Positions 29,959 through 38,330 of a DNA stretch of 64,000 nt are shown in pieces. The notes under the pieces were generated by a model. The model made no database searches and was not told the DNA's origin. It saw only the letters and a program-made list of their open reading frames with translations. The stretch's first letter is position 1, and the number at the start of each line of letters is the position of its first letter. The stretch comes from Bdellovibrionales bacterium (GTDB taxonomy: Bacteria; Bdellovibrionota; Bdellovibrionia; Bdellovibrionales; UBA1609), in contig JBFWVI010000006.1 in NCBI GenBank assembly GCA_050246815.1, forward strand, positions 35,420 to 99,419. The letters are read 5' to 3'. The translations under genes and the position numbers were made by a program.

Positions 29959-31890
29959 TTACTCGACCGGCTCAAGGAAGACACGGACTTTTTTATCGCT
30001 CGGAAACTCGGCACCCGCGCCCGGATAAGTGTTGGCCACAAGCCCACTGCCGCGCACCTCGACCGTCAGCCCACTGGCCCGTGCGCGCTGATAGACTTCA
30101 CGCAAAGTCAAACCGACCAAGTTTGGAATCAACTCGCCCCGACCGGCTTGAATTTCGTCTTCCAATTTGGCCAGGGCCTGGGCCTGAGCCATTTCGCGGG
30201 TCGGCGTGCCCTGATCACGCTTGAGCAAATTTTGCTCTGACAGCAACACCGGCGCCAATCCTTGCTGGCGCACCACATACTGTGCAATACGTGCAAACAC
30301 AGGTGCCGCCACATGCGAGGCATAGTATCCTTTGCGCGGATTGTCCACCGCCACAAAAATCACGAACTTCGGGGCGTGGGCGGGCACGAAGCCTGCAAAA
30401 CTCGAGATGTAAGCGTTCTTTTTGTAGCCACCTTTTTCGAGGTCGACTTTCTGCGCGGTACCGGTTTTGCCGGCCACGGGAAAGCCTGGAATCCGTGCGT
30501 TGACACCCGTGGCATGCTCCATCGTTGCGGCCCTGAGCATCAAGCGCAGAGTGGCGGCCTGGTCTTCACTCAAAACGCGACGAATTGTTTTGGGTTCGAA
30601 CACCGTTTCTTCTTCGCCTTGCACGATGCGCTTGACCACTTGCGGCCGTTTCAACAGCCCGCCGTTGGCAATCGCCGAATAGGCACTGGCCAATTGAAGC
30701 GGCGTCACCGCCAAACCATGACCGAACGAAATATTACTCAGCAGATGTGAGCGCCAAGGCAAAGGATGTAAAATGCCGCGAGCTTCTCCGGGCAAATCCA
30801 CCTGCAAACGATCCCCAAAACCAAAATCAAGTAAAGCTTGGCGCAAATGATCAGCACCCAAATCAAAAGCGATCTTGGCCGTACCGATGTTCGAGGAAAA
30901 CGCCAAAATCTCGGACACTGTAAGCCAACCGAACTCATGTTCCGCGTCGGCCTCACGAATCCAACGATCGCCGACCTTCATACGGCCACCTTCACAGTTG
31001 TAACGGCTGCTGGGCTTGACAACCGCCTCACGCAAAGCCGCCGCGATCACAAAGGTCTTCATCACGCTGCCAGCTTCAAAGGCATCGGTGATCACGCGGT
31101 TTCGACGATCGGCTGAAGGCTCGGACGCCAAACCTAAAATTTCGCCAGTATTGGGATCCATCACCAGACCGACTGCACCGTCGGCTTGATGCAAACTGAC
31201 CGCATCGGCCAATTCTTTTTCGAGGATAAATTGCACCTGTGAGTCGATCGTCAGTTCGACGCGCGCACCATCATTGACGTTCGTCAACAGCCCGCCCTCG
31301 GGTAAAAGCGGCCGGCCGCGGGCATCGCGGGGCAAAATCACTTTGCGGGTTTCGCCACTCAACTCACGGTTAAATTTGCGCTCAAGTCCTTCCAGCCCAT
31401 CGCCCTCTGTGCCAACAAAACCTAAAGTCTGCGCCAGCAGCTGATTGTTGGGATAGACCCGACGAGATTCATCAACAAAGCCGAGCCCACGGATTTCCCA
31501 CTTTCGAATGGCGGCGGCCGCCTCTTCGGGCATATGGCGTTTGATCCAAACAAAACGCTTATCCCGCTGACGTAGTTTTTTTTGCAGCTCTGCACGAGAC
31601 ATCTTCAATAGCTTGGCCAAACGTTTCGCCACAGAGCGGGGCTGCTCTAAAATCGCGGGGTCCGCAAAAAGGCTTTGTGAGCCCACACTGGCCGCAAGTT
31701 CGCGCCCATTGCGATCAACAATCGCGCCGCGACGCCCACTCACCTCAATTTTAGTTGCGAATTGACGACGTTGCAGACCCGCCAGGCGCTCATTGGGGAT
31801 AATCTGCAAATAGGCACCGCGCAGAATCATGGCGGTCCAAAGCAGCAGGAACCCCATGAATACCAAAAGTAAACGCGACTTCATCTTCAT
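29959..31890 (-). CDS. ftsI: Division-specific class B penicillin-binding protein (PBP3)
   Basis: 643 aa. N-terminal TM. Transpeptidase motifs SVMKTF (SxxK), SSN, KTGTA. Confidence 0.9.
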   Translation of the reverse strand: MKMKSRLLLVFMGFLLLWTAMILRGAYLQIIPNERLAGLQRRQFATKIEVSGRRGAIVDRNGRELAASVGSQSLFADPAILEQPRSVAKRLAKLLKMSRAELQKKLRQRDKRFVWIKRHMPEEAAAAIRKWEIRGLGFVDESRRVYPNNQLLAQTLGFVGTEGDGLEGLERKFNRELSGETRKVILPRDARGRPLLPEGGLLTNVNDGARVELTIDSQVQFILEKELADAVSLHQADGAVGLVMDPNTGEILGLASEPSADRRNRVITDAFEAGSVMKTFVIAAALREAVVKPSSRYNCEGGRMKVGDRWIREADAEHEFGWLTVSEILAFSSNIGTAKIAFDLGADHLRQALLDFGFGDRLQVDLPGEARGILHPLPWRSHLLSNISFGHGLAVTPLQLASAYSAIANGGLLKRPQVVKRIVQGEEETVFEPKTIRRVLSEDQAATLRLMLRAATMEHATGVNARIPGFPVAGKTGTAQKVDLEKGGYKKNAYISSFAGFVPAHAPKFVIFVAVDNPRKGYYASHVAAPVFARIAQYVVRQQGLAPVLLSEQNLLKRDQGTPTREMAQAQALAKLEDEIQAGRGELIPNLVGLTLREVYQRARASGLTVEVRGSGLVANTYPGAGAEFPSDKKVRVFLEPVE

Positions 31891-31894
31891 CGGT

Positions 31895-32194
31895 CTATTG
31901 GGGTACAGCGATACGCTGTCCCACCAGTTGTATGATCTGACCGTTGCGCGCCTCGCTCAATGTCAACCGCGACATCGCATAGCGCCGAATGTGATCCGGG
32001 CGAGTCACCCGCGCGAACTCCATCGCCCTCAAGCGCTGCTGGTCTTTTAGTACTTTGTGTTGTTTGGTCTCTTTCAAAACCGTGTACCCCAAACGCCGCA
32101 CTTCCATTTTCAAAAAGGCGACCATAAATAAAGCGCCAACCAAAATAATCAGGCTTAAAAACGGCTTGAATTCATCCATCGCTTCGCGGCTCAT
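31895..32194 (-). CDS. ftsL: Cell division protein FtsL
   Basis: 99 aa. Single TM (LSLIILVGALFMVAFL) followed by a charged helix. Sits between rsmH and ftsI, with a 4-nt overlap with rsmH. Confidence 0.8.
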   Translation of the reverse strand: MSREAMDEFKPFLSLIILVGALFMVAFLKMEVRRLGYTVLKETKQHKVLKDQQRLRAMEFARVTRPDHIRRYAMSRLTLSEARNGQIIQLVGQRIAVPQ

Positions 32195-33084
32195 GTTGCA
32201 TTCCCTCGTTCAAAGACTCTGAGTTTGGCACTTCGCGCGCGAGGATTAGAAACCTCTTCCGCGCGCGAGGGCATCACCACTTTTTTGTTCACCGGGCGGC
32301 CCAGGGTGCTCTCTTTAAAAGCATACTTGATGATGCGGTCTTCTAGAGAGTGGAAAGTGATCACCAGTAGGCGCCCACCGGGGCGCAGACTGGGCATTAA
32401 TGCTTCGACGGCTGGGCGAAGGGCTGAAAGCTCTTGATTGACCTCTAGACGAAGGGCCAGAAAATACTGAGTGGCCGGGTGATGGCCACGTCTTTGCCAG
32501 CCTTCTGATCGTTCAATCAATTGCGAGAGTTGTTGTGTGGTTGTAAATGGTTGTTCTCGGCGTTGTTCGATCATGCGAGCCACCACTCGGTTCGGCCGGC
32601 GAATCTCACCCAGGTCATGAAACAAATTCGAAAGCTCTTCCGCTGACCACTCATTGACGATTTGCGCGGCGGTCAGCAGTTGGCTTTGGTCCATGCGCAT
32701 ATCCAGTGGGCCATCTTGATAAAAACTAAAGCCGCGCGTGGCCTCATCCAATTGTGGCGAGCTGACTCCCAAATCGGCCAAGATAAAGTCCCAGCCGCCC
32801 TCTTGCGCAGGTATTCCCTCATGAAAATTTTGTTTAGCTAAACTCAAACGACCACTGTCCAGTAAAGACGAAAATTGCAAGCGACCATAGTCGATCGCGG
32901 CCTGGTCGCGATCGAGGCCGGTCATTTTGAGTTCTGAGAAGCGCTCTAAAAACGCGGATGTGTGGCCACCACGGCCAAATGTCACGTCCAATCCGTATGC
33001 ATGCCGCCCGGGCATATCGGCGATGAATTGCAGAATTTCGTCACACAGAACTGGAATATGTAAGGGCTTTGTCATGAGCCTCAC
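32191..33084 (-). CDS. rsmH: 16S rRNA (cytosine1402-N4)-methyltransferase
   Basis: HIPVLCDEIL, DVTFGRGGHT, ADLGVSSPQLD, ITFHSLEDR. GTG 33084 or ATG 33075 as the start. Confidence 0.95.
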   Translation of the reverse strand: MRLMTKPLHIPVLCDEILQFIADMPGRHAYGLDVTFGRGGHTSAFLERFSELKMTGLDRDQAAIDYGRLQFSSLLDSGRLSLAKQNFHEGIPAQEGGWDFILADLGVSSPQLDEATRGFSFYQDGPLDMRMDQSQLLTAAQIVNEWSAEELSNLFHDLGEIRRPNRVVARMIEQRREQPFTTTQQLSQLIERSEGWQRRGHHPATQYFLALRLEVNQELSALRPAVEALMPSLRPGGRLLVITFHSLEDRIIKYAFKESTLGRPVNKKVVMPSRAEEVSNPRARSAKLRVFERGNAT

Positions 33085-33108
33085 ATTTTACCCATCAAAT
33101 CAGCAAGA

Positions 33109-33136
33109 TTGACCTTTTGACAGGCCGTGCTAACCT
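33109..33136 (+). promoter_or_regulatory. Putative sigma70-type promoter for the zinc-ribbon gene
   Basis: TTGACC (33109-33114), 16 nt, TAACCT (33131-33136), 9 nt before ATG 33146. Sequence resemblance only. Confidence 0.25.
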
Positions 33137-33145
33137 GAAAGAGTT

Positions 33146-34171
33146 ATGATGGAATGTCCCCGTTGCGGTTTTGTTCAGCCCGAAGACCGGTTCTGCGCGA
33201 ATTGCGGCCTGAACATCGCCGCTCATGCAAAGAAACCCAAGTCTCTGTCGCAGCAAATATTAGCGCGACCGGCTTTCTATGGCGTTTTGGCCATCATCTC
33301 CGGGATCATCCTGGTGCAAGTGGTAAAAAAAACCGCCACCACCGTCAACGAAAAGAGCGGCCTGAACGCGGTTGAGACCTCACCCGTGGCGAATACAACC
33401 AGCGCCCAGCAGACACCAACTCAAGTCGCGCCCACACCGCCGCCCGCAGCTGCTGGCACACGAGCGGTTCCGCCACCGGTGGAGTCGGAGGTATCTGGCA
33501 GCGAGCTTCAGGCTTCGGGCCTTGCGGCCCCCACCCCGACAGTGGCGCCCGGCGCCATTGCCGCGAAAACTGTGACAGACACGGCGACTGCGGAAGGCAG
33601 TAGTGCCGGCGCGACGGCGAAGCCGCCGCCTGCGCAATTTGAATTGGGGTTTTACGAGATTGGCCGTGAGTCTTGGGTTGTGCTGGTCAATGAAGGTAAG
33701 ACCGCCGGGGAACAAAATGGCTGGCGCGCAATCAGTTTTGCAACCCGTGAACGCGTGCAAGCCGCACTCAGCGCAGCTCGTCGCCTGCCCGGTCAAAGAC
33801 AAATGAACTCCCAGCCGTCCAGCGCCGCGATGTTGCACTTTCCGTTGGCGGCGGCCACGGCCCAACAAGCTCAACCGATTGGTTTGTTCATGGATCTGGC
33901 GGTGGTCAAACTGGACCCGACTCAAGTGGAGATCGATGTGGCCAGCCACTTGGGGCTTCGCTCGACGGATGCGACAACTCCTGAATTGCATCAAAAAGCG
34001 GACTTCACGGCGAGCTTTTCACCTCACGGAGCTTTGGTGATTTTGGGATCTTTGCCACGCAAAGCCCTACCCGAAGGCTCTGCGACGGCCGGCACCCCGC
34101 TGAGCGTCTTGGATTCGCCCGACTTCTTAGAGGGCCAATCCGAAATTATTTTTGTGATCCAAGGGCGCTGA
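33146..34171 (+). CDS. Zinc-ribbon membrane protein with Pro/Ala-rich linker
   Basis: 341 aa. MMECPRCGFVQPEDRFCANCGLNI (CxxC...CxxC), a TM segment (FYGVLAIISGIILVQVV), then a PTPPPAAAG-type low-complexity region and a C-terminal domain. Confidence 0.75.
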   Translation: MMECPRCGFVQPEDRFCANCGLNIAAHAKKPKSLSQQILARPAFYGVLAIISGIILVQVVKKTATTVNEKSGLNAVETSPVANTTSAQQTPTQVAPTPPPAAAGTRAVPPPVESEVSGSELQASGLAAPTPTVAPGAIAAKTVTDTATAEGSSAGATAKPPPAQFELGFYEIGRESWVVLVNEGKTAGEQNGWRAISFATRERVQAALSAARRLPGQRQMNSQPSSAAMLHFPLAAATAQQAQPIGLFMDLAVVKLDPTQVEIDVASHLGLRSTDATTPELHQKADFTASFSPHGALVILGSLPRKALPEGSATAGTPLSVLDSPDFLEGQSEIIFVIQGR

Positions 34172-34180
34172 CCCCGATTA

Positions 34181-34215
34181 AAATAAAAAAGGACCGCCTT
34201 ACGGCGATCCTTCTT
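34181..34215. terminator. Bidirectional rho-independent terminator between convergent genes
   Basis: AAATAAAAAA-GGACCGCC-TTAC-GGCGATCC-TTCTT. 8-bp GC-rich stem with one mismatch. An A-run precedes the hairpin on the plus strand, which gives a T-run after it on the minus strand for bcp. TTCTT follows on the plus strand. Confidence 0.65.
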
Positions 34216-34233
34216 AAATTGTGCCTTTGCCAA

Positions 34234-34953
34234 TTAAACCGATTGCTGATTGCGCAAGAAATCTAAAACCTGCTGGGCATGGCCTTCGACCTTCACGCCG
34301 CGCCATTCTTTCAGCAGGCGGCCGTCTGGGTCGAGCACGAACGTGCTGCGTTCGATGCCTTGCACCTGCTTGCCGTACATGTTCTTCATTTTGATCACAT
34401 CAAACATATTGCAAAGCGTGCTGTCGGTGTCGCTGAGCAAATCCACCGAATAACATTCGGCGCTTTTGAATTTTTCATGGGACTTGATGTCGTCGCGTGA
34501 AACGCCGAACACTTCTGTGCCCAATTCTTTGAATTGATCATGCAACTTGGTAAAGTCATGTCCCTCCAAAGTGCAGCCCGGCGTGGCGTCTTTCGGATAG
34601 AAATACAACACCACATTTTTGCCGCGTAGACCTTGCAAGCTGATGCGACGGCCGCCGGTGGATTCAAGTTCGAAGTTCGGCACAGGTTCACCAATTTTCG
34701 GCGCCTGAGTGTGGGCCGCCATCGGATTCGGCGTCGTCACGGCCTGCGACATCTTGGGGCTGGCCGCTTTCCTTTTTGTGGTTTTGGCCGGCGTCGCTTT
34801 TTTAGCAGCCATTTTCTTAGTGGCGGCTTTTTTGGTTGCCGTCTTTTTTGTGGTCTTCATACTGATGGCTTTTTTCGCCATTTTACCCGTGGTTTTTTTG
34901 GTCGTCTTTTGAGCTGCTTTTTTTGTGGTTTTCTTCGTCGCTTTTTTTGCCAT
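34234..34953 (-). CDS. bcp: Bcp-type peroxiredoxin with a 68-aa Lys/Ala/Thr-rich histone-H1-like N-terminal extension
   Basis: FYPKDATPGCT active site in a Bcp/AhpC-TSA fold. N-terminus MAKKATKKTTKKAAQKTTKK... Strong SD GAGGAGG 8 nt upstream of ATG 34953 supports translation of the tail. Confidence 0.85.
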   Translation of the reverse strand: MAKKATKKTTKKAAQKTTKKTTGKMAKKAISMKTTKKTATKKAATKKMAAKKATPAKTTKRKAASPKMSQAVTTPNPMAAHTQAPKIGEPVPNFELESTGGRRISLQGLRGKNVVLYFYPKDATPGCTLEGHDFTKLHDQFKELGTEVFGVSRDDIKSHEKFKSAECYSVDLLSDTDSTLCNMFDVIKMKNMYGKQVQGIERSTFVLDPDGRLLKEWRGVKVEGHAQQVLDFLRNQQSV

Positions 34954-35140
34954 ACCTACGCCCTCCTCAAAGTGAGCGCCTTGGGCTTACCATGGCTCAC
35001 AGCCCTAAAACAACCGTCCATGCACTGCCGCTTATGAAGATTCACACTCTTGTCAGAGCGAAAAACATTTGCGTAAATCGTATCTCGCGAACTTGGGACC
35101 GATTCGCCTGATCGAACCGGTTAAATTTGGAGAAATCATC

Positions 35141-35761
35141 ATGACTGCAGGAATTGGCCAATACCGTTTTCGACCCGGCTGGATTGAAGTGATCGTGGGC
35201 TGTATGTTTAGCGGCAAAACCGAAGAATTGATCAAACAAGTGCACCGCGCCCAATATGCCCGTCAGGCTTACCAGGTCTTCAAACCCCGTCTTGACGCCC
35301 GCTATTCGGCGGATCATGTGGCCTCGCACAATCAAACCCTACAAAAGGCCACCCCAGTCGAAACCGCCGAAGAGATGCTGGGCCTAGTCGAACGCCAAAC
35401 CCAGGTGGTGGGCATCGATGAAGGGCAGTTTTTTGGTCCTGATTTGGTCGAAGTTGTCACTCTGATGGCCAATGCAGGCAAACGTGTGGTGATTGCAGGT
35501 CTTGACACGGATTGGCGTGGACGCCCATTTGGCCCCATGCCCGCTTTGATGGCCGTGGCCGAGATGGTCCACAAGCAATACGCCATTTGCATGGTCTGCG
35601 GCGAGCCGGCCACCCGAACCCAGCGCCTGATCAACGCCCGTGAAGACATCTTGGTGGGTTCCACGGAAGCCTATGAAGCCCGGTGCCGCCTGCACTTTGA
35701 CCCTGACCTCAGTGCCCGATTGCGCCCGCAAACCTCACCCCAGACCGAGACTCGGGCTTGA
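35141..35761 (+). CDS. tdk: Thymidine kinase
   Basis: P-loop GCMFSGKTEEL, VGIDEGQFF, zinc ribbon CMVCG. ATG 35141 is preceded by GGAG (ORF track start 35069). Confidence 0.9.
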   Translation: MTAGIGQYRFRPGWIEVIVGCMFSGKTEELIKQVHRAQYARQAYQVFKPRLDARYSADHVASHNQTLQKATPVETAEEMLGLVERQTQVVGIDEGQFFGPDLVEVVTLMANAGKRVVIAGLDTDWRGRPFGPMPALMAVAEMVHKQYAICMVCGEPATRTQRLINAREDILVGSTEAYEARCRLHFDPDLSARLRPQTSPQTETRA

Positions 35762-35810
35762 ATTCGTGCCGGTCGAATGGCAAGATCGTCGCACTTTTTG
35801 AGGAGACCAC

Positions 35811-36350
35811 ATGGACCACGACGCGCAAATTAAACTGACCTCATTTTTAAGTGAGAAGCAGATTCAAGCAAAAGTGAAGGCCATCGGCGCGGCTTTGACA
35901 GACCGTTTTCGCGGCAAAGACGTTGTGGCGGTCTGTGTCTTAAAGGGCTCATTCATGTTCTATTCGGATCTGATCCGCGAGATGGACATGGATATCGCCT
36001 GCGAGTTTTGTGGGCTTTCAAGCTATCAAGGCGGGACCTCGTCCACAGGCGAAGTGCGTGTGACTTTAGATTTGAACTCAGCCGTGCAGGGCAAACATGT
36101 CATCTTGATCGAAGATATCGTCGACACTGGCCTGACCATGAATTTCTTAAAGACACACCTGCAGGCACGCAAACCCAAGTCGCTGACCACCGTGGCTTTG
36201 CTTTTGAAGCCCCACGCTTTGAAAGTGAAATGCGACTTGGATCATGTGGGTTTTGAAATCCCCAATGACTTTGTGGTGGGGTACGGCCTGGATTATCAGG
36301 GTTACTACCGCAATCTGCCCTACATTGCGCAGATCCAAAGCATCAACTAA
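35811..36350 (+). CDS. hpt: Hypoxanthine phosphoribosyltransferase
   Basis: 179 aa. VLKGSFMFYSDL and PRPP-binding motif VILIEDIVDTGLT. Confidence 0.9.
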   Translation: MDHDAQIKLTSFLSEKQIQAKVKAIGAALTDRFRGKDVVAVCVLKGSFMFYSDLIREMDMDIACEFCGLSSYQGGTSSTGEVRVTLDLNSAVQGKHVILIEDIVDTGLTMNFLKTHLQARKPKSLTTVALLLKPHALKVKCDLDHVGFEIPNDFVVGYGLDYQGYYRNLPYIAQIQSIN

Positions 36351-36359
36351 GATGCCACC

Positions 36360-36803
36360 GTGAATGCGCTGGAGCTAGATCGACTTTTACGCCAAGAAAT
36401 CCCTTTGTCCCAGCATATGGGCGTACACGATTTTCAGGTTTCGTCGAACGAAGTGTCGCTTGTCTTGCCACTGAAGCCCAATATCAACCACAAAAGCACG
36501 CTGTTTGGCGGCAGTCTTTATTCGGCCAGCGCTTTGGCTTGTTATGGTTTGTTTTTGACGGGGCTGCGTGAAAATGGCATTGGCACCAATAACATCGTGA
36601 TCGCCGAAGGCCACATCAAATACACGAGGCCCGTCAACACCGACGCAAAAGTTGTGGCCTCTTGGAATTCGAGGGACGAAAAAGAACGCTTTTTTCGAGC
36701 TCTTTTAGCCAAGAAAAAAGCGCGCGTGATGATGACAGCTAAATCTTACGTGAACAGCCAGATCTGCACCGATTTCAATAGTTTATTTGCGGCCTGGATC
36801 TAA
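36360..36803 (+). CDS. YiiD C-terminal-type (hotdog-fold) thioesterase domain protein
   Basis: 147 aa, GTG start. NINHKSTLFGGSLYSASALACYGLF resembles the YiiD_C thioesterase family. Confidence 0.6.
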   Translation: MNALELDRLLRQEIPLSQHMGVHDFQVSSNEVSLVLPLKPNINHKSTLFGGSLYSASALACYGLFLTGLRENGIGTNNIVIAEGHIKYTRPVNTDAKVVASWNSRDEKERFFRALLAKKKARVMMTAKSYVNSQICTDFNSLFAAWI

Positions 36804-38320
36804 GGCCCTGACAGGGCCTGCTTGACCGGAATGATTAGTCTTTGTTTGGCGCGAATACGACGAGCGTCGGTGATACCATTCATGTCCATCAGCATTTGAA
36901 CTTTGACCTTGAAGCGTTCGGCGATCTCACTCAGTGTTTCGCCCTCTTGCAACACATACTCGTTATCCTCAAGGGGTGCCTCGGTGATGGTGGCCACTTT
37001 GCCTTGGTTTAAATCCTGTTGCGCCTGTGCCGCCACTTCGTTGGTCACTCGAATAAAATTGCGCCCTTGCACGGTGCCCTTGGGCCAGATATGGCTGCGC
37101 ACATGGGGGTTGTAGGTCTGCGCTTTGCTCAAATCTTCGCCAAACCAAGTGATGATCTGCTTCACCGCCAAAGGACGACTTAATTTGATCTCGGTGCCAC
37201 GCAACTCCGCCATCCGCGGCAGCGGCCCGAAATATTTGTCCGCTGCCTGCTCAACCTGCACCGCCGCCAAAAAACTGGCGTAAAAGTTGGCCGAGGCAAA
37301 ACCAAAGCGACCTTTGCGCACGTCCGTCAATTCAGCCAAATTATTGGTTTGGAACTTTCGCACCAATCGCTGTACTCCCGAAGGACCGTGGTTGTAGCCG
37401 GTCACGGCTAAGGGCCACGACTGCAACATTTCGTAGTTGTTACGAAGTTTGCGGGCTGCCGCCACCGTGGAGCGCAAGGGGTCGTTGCGCTCGTCCACGG
37501 ATCCGTCCATGCGCATGTACGAACGCGCCGTGGAACGCATAAACTGCCAAATACCGCTGGCGCCGACTTTTGAGCGTGCCTTCAGATTAAATGAGCTTTC
37601 AACAAAGGGCAGACGGGTCAGCTCAAGCGGCAAACCCTCGCGCTTGAAGATCTCCTCCATCTCTTTGATATGGCGGCCGGATTGATAAATGCCCTCCATA
37701 AATCGATCGCGCTGGCCCAATTGAAAGCGCAGGCGGCCGCGGCGCGAAGCTTCGTAAAACTTCTTTGGCTCAATGACATTGGCAAACAGGTTCCAATAGC
37801 GCAGATCATCGCCCTCGAGTCCTTCGGGGGAGCTTAGTTTTTGTAAACGAAGCAGACGCTCTTCGATTTGTTTTTTGGCCTGCTTGACCCGGTCACGCCG
37901 GGCTTTTTCCTTTTGGCGCAGGCTTAAGCTTTCGTTCTGGACCAAATCCGAAAAGTCGACGCTCTCGTAGATCAAATTGATGTAGCGGCTGTCGTGCAAA
38001 AGTCCCTGATCCGTGGTGTATTTGGTGTAGATATCGACCCAAAAGGCCACCCGCTCTTCCATGCCCGCAGGGGTTTTAAATGCCTCGACACCATAACCCA
38101 AAGCCTTTTCTTGATTGCTGTAACTCGGCGCCGCCCAGGGTTGATCGACGCCTATCGTGGGTGGGCGCTCAATGGCCTCGGGTAAAACCGGAGTGTCCAC
38201 GTCCGCTTCGCTTGAGGTCGGCTCTATTCCGTCGGTGGGCACAGCAACAATGGCGTCCGCGCGGATGACCATCAGGCCCAAAAGTAAAAGTGGTATGAAA
38301 AAAAAGTGTTTTTGTCTCAT
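36800..38320 (-). CDS. mltD: Membrane-bound lytic murein transglycosylase D-like (SLT domain + LysM)
   Basis: GASGIWQFMRSTARSYM (SLT catalytic region). C-terminal LysM, YVLQEGETLSEIAERFKVKVQMLMDMNGI. ATG 38320 gives the signal peptide MRQKHFFFIPLLLLGLMVIRADA (ORF track start 38377). Confidence 0.85.
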   Translation of the reverse strand: MRQKHFFFIPLLLLGLMVIRADAIVAVPTDGIEPTSSEADVDTPVLPEAIERPPTIGVDQPWAAPSYSNQEKALGYGVEAFKTPAGMEERVAFWVDIYTKYTTDQGLLHDSRYINLIYESVDFSDLVQNESLSLRQKEKARRDRVKQAKKQIEERLLRLQKLSSPEGLEGDDLRYWNLFANVIEPKKFYEASRRGRLRFQLGQRDRFMEGIYQSGRHIKEMEEIFKREGLPLELTRLPFVESSFNLKARSKVGASGIWQFMRSTARSYMRMDGSVDERNDPLRSTVAAARKLRNNYEMLQSWPLAVTGYNHGPSGVQRLVRKFQTNNLAELTDVRKGRFGFASANFYASFLAAVQVEQAADKYFGPLPRMAELRGTEIKLSRPLAVKQIITWFGEDLSKAQTYNPHVRSHIWPKGTVQGRNFIRVTNEVAAQAQQDLNQGKVATITEAPLEDNEYVLQEGETLSEIAERFKVKVQMLMDMNGITDARRIRAKQRLIIPVKQALSGP

Positions 38321-38330
38321 GATGCAGCTT

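Noticed and set aside
29509-30240. 243-aa plus-strand ORF spanning the murE/ftsI junction; also 8209-8826 (205 aa) inside the giant lipoprotein gene
   Set aside because: Both are antisense to genes with unambiguous products or long ORFs. Their translations have no motifs. They are chance open frames in ~50% GC DNA.
33380-33994. 204-aa minus-strand ORF antisense to the zinc-ribbon/Pro-Ala-rich gene
   Set aside because: The Arg-rich, low-complexity translation is produced by the antisense of a GC-rich Pro/Ala linker. It has no start context or motifs.
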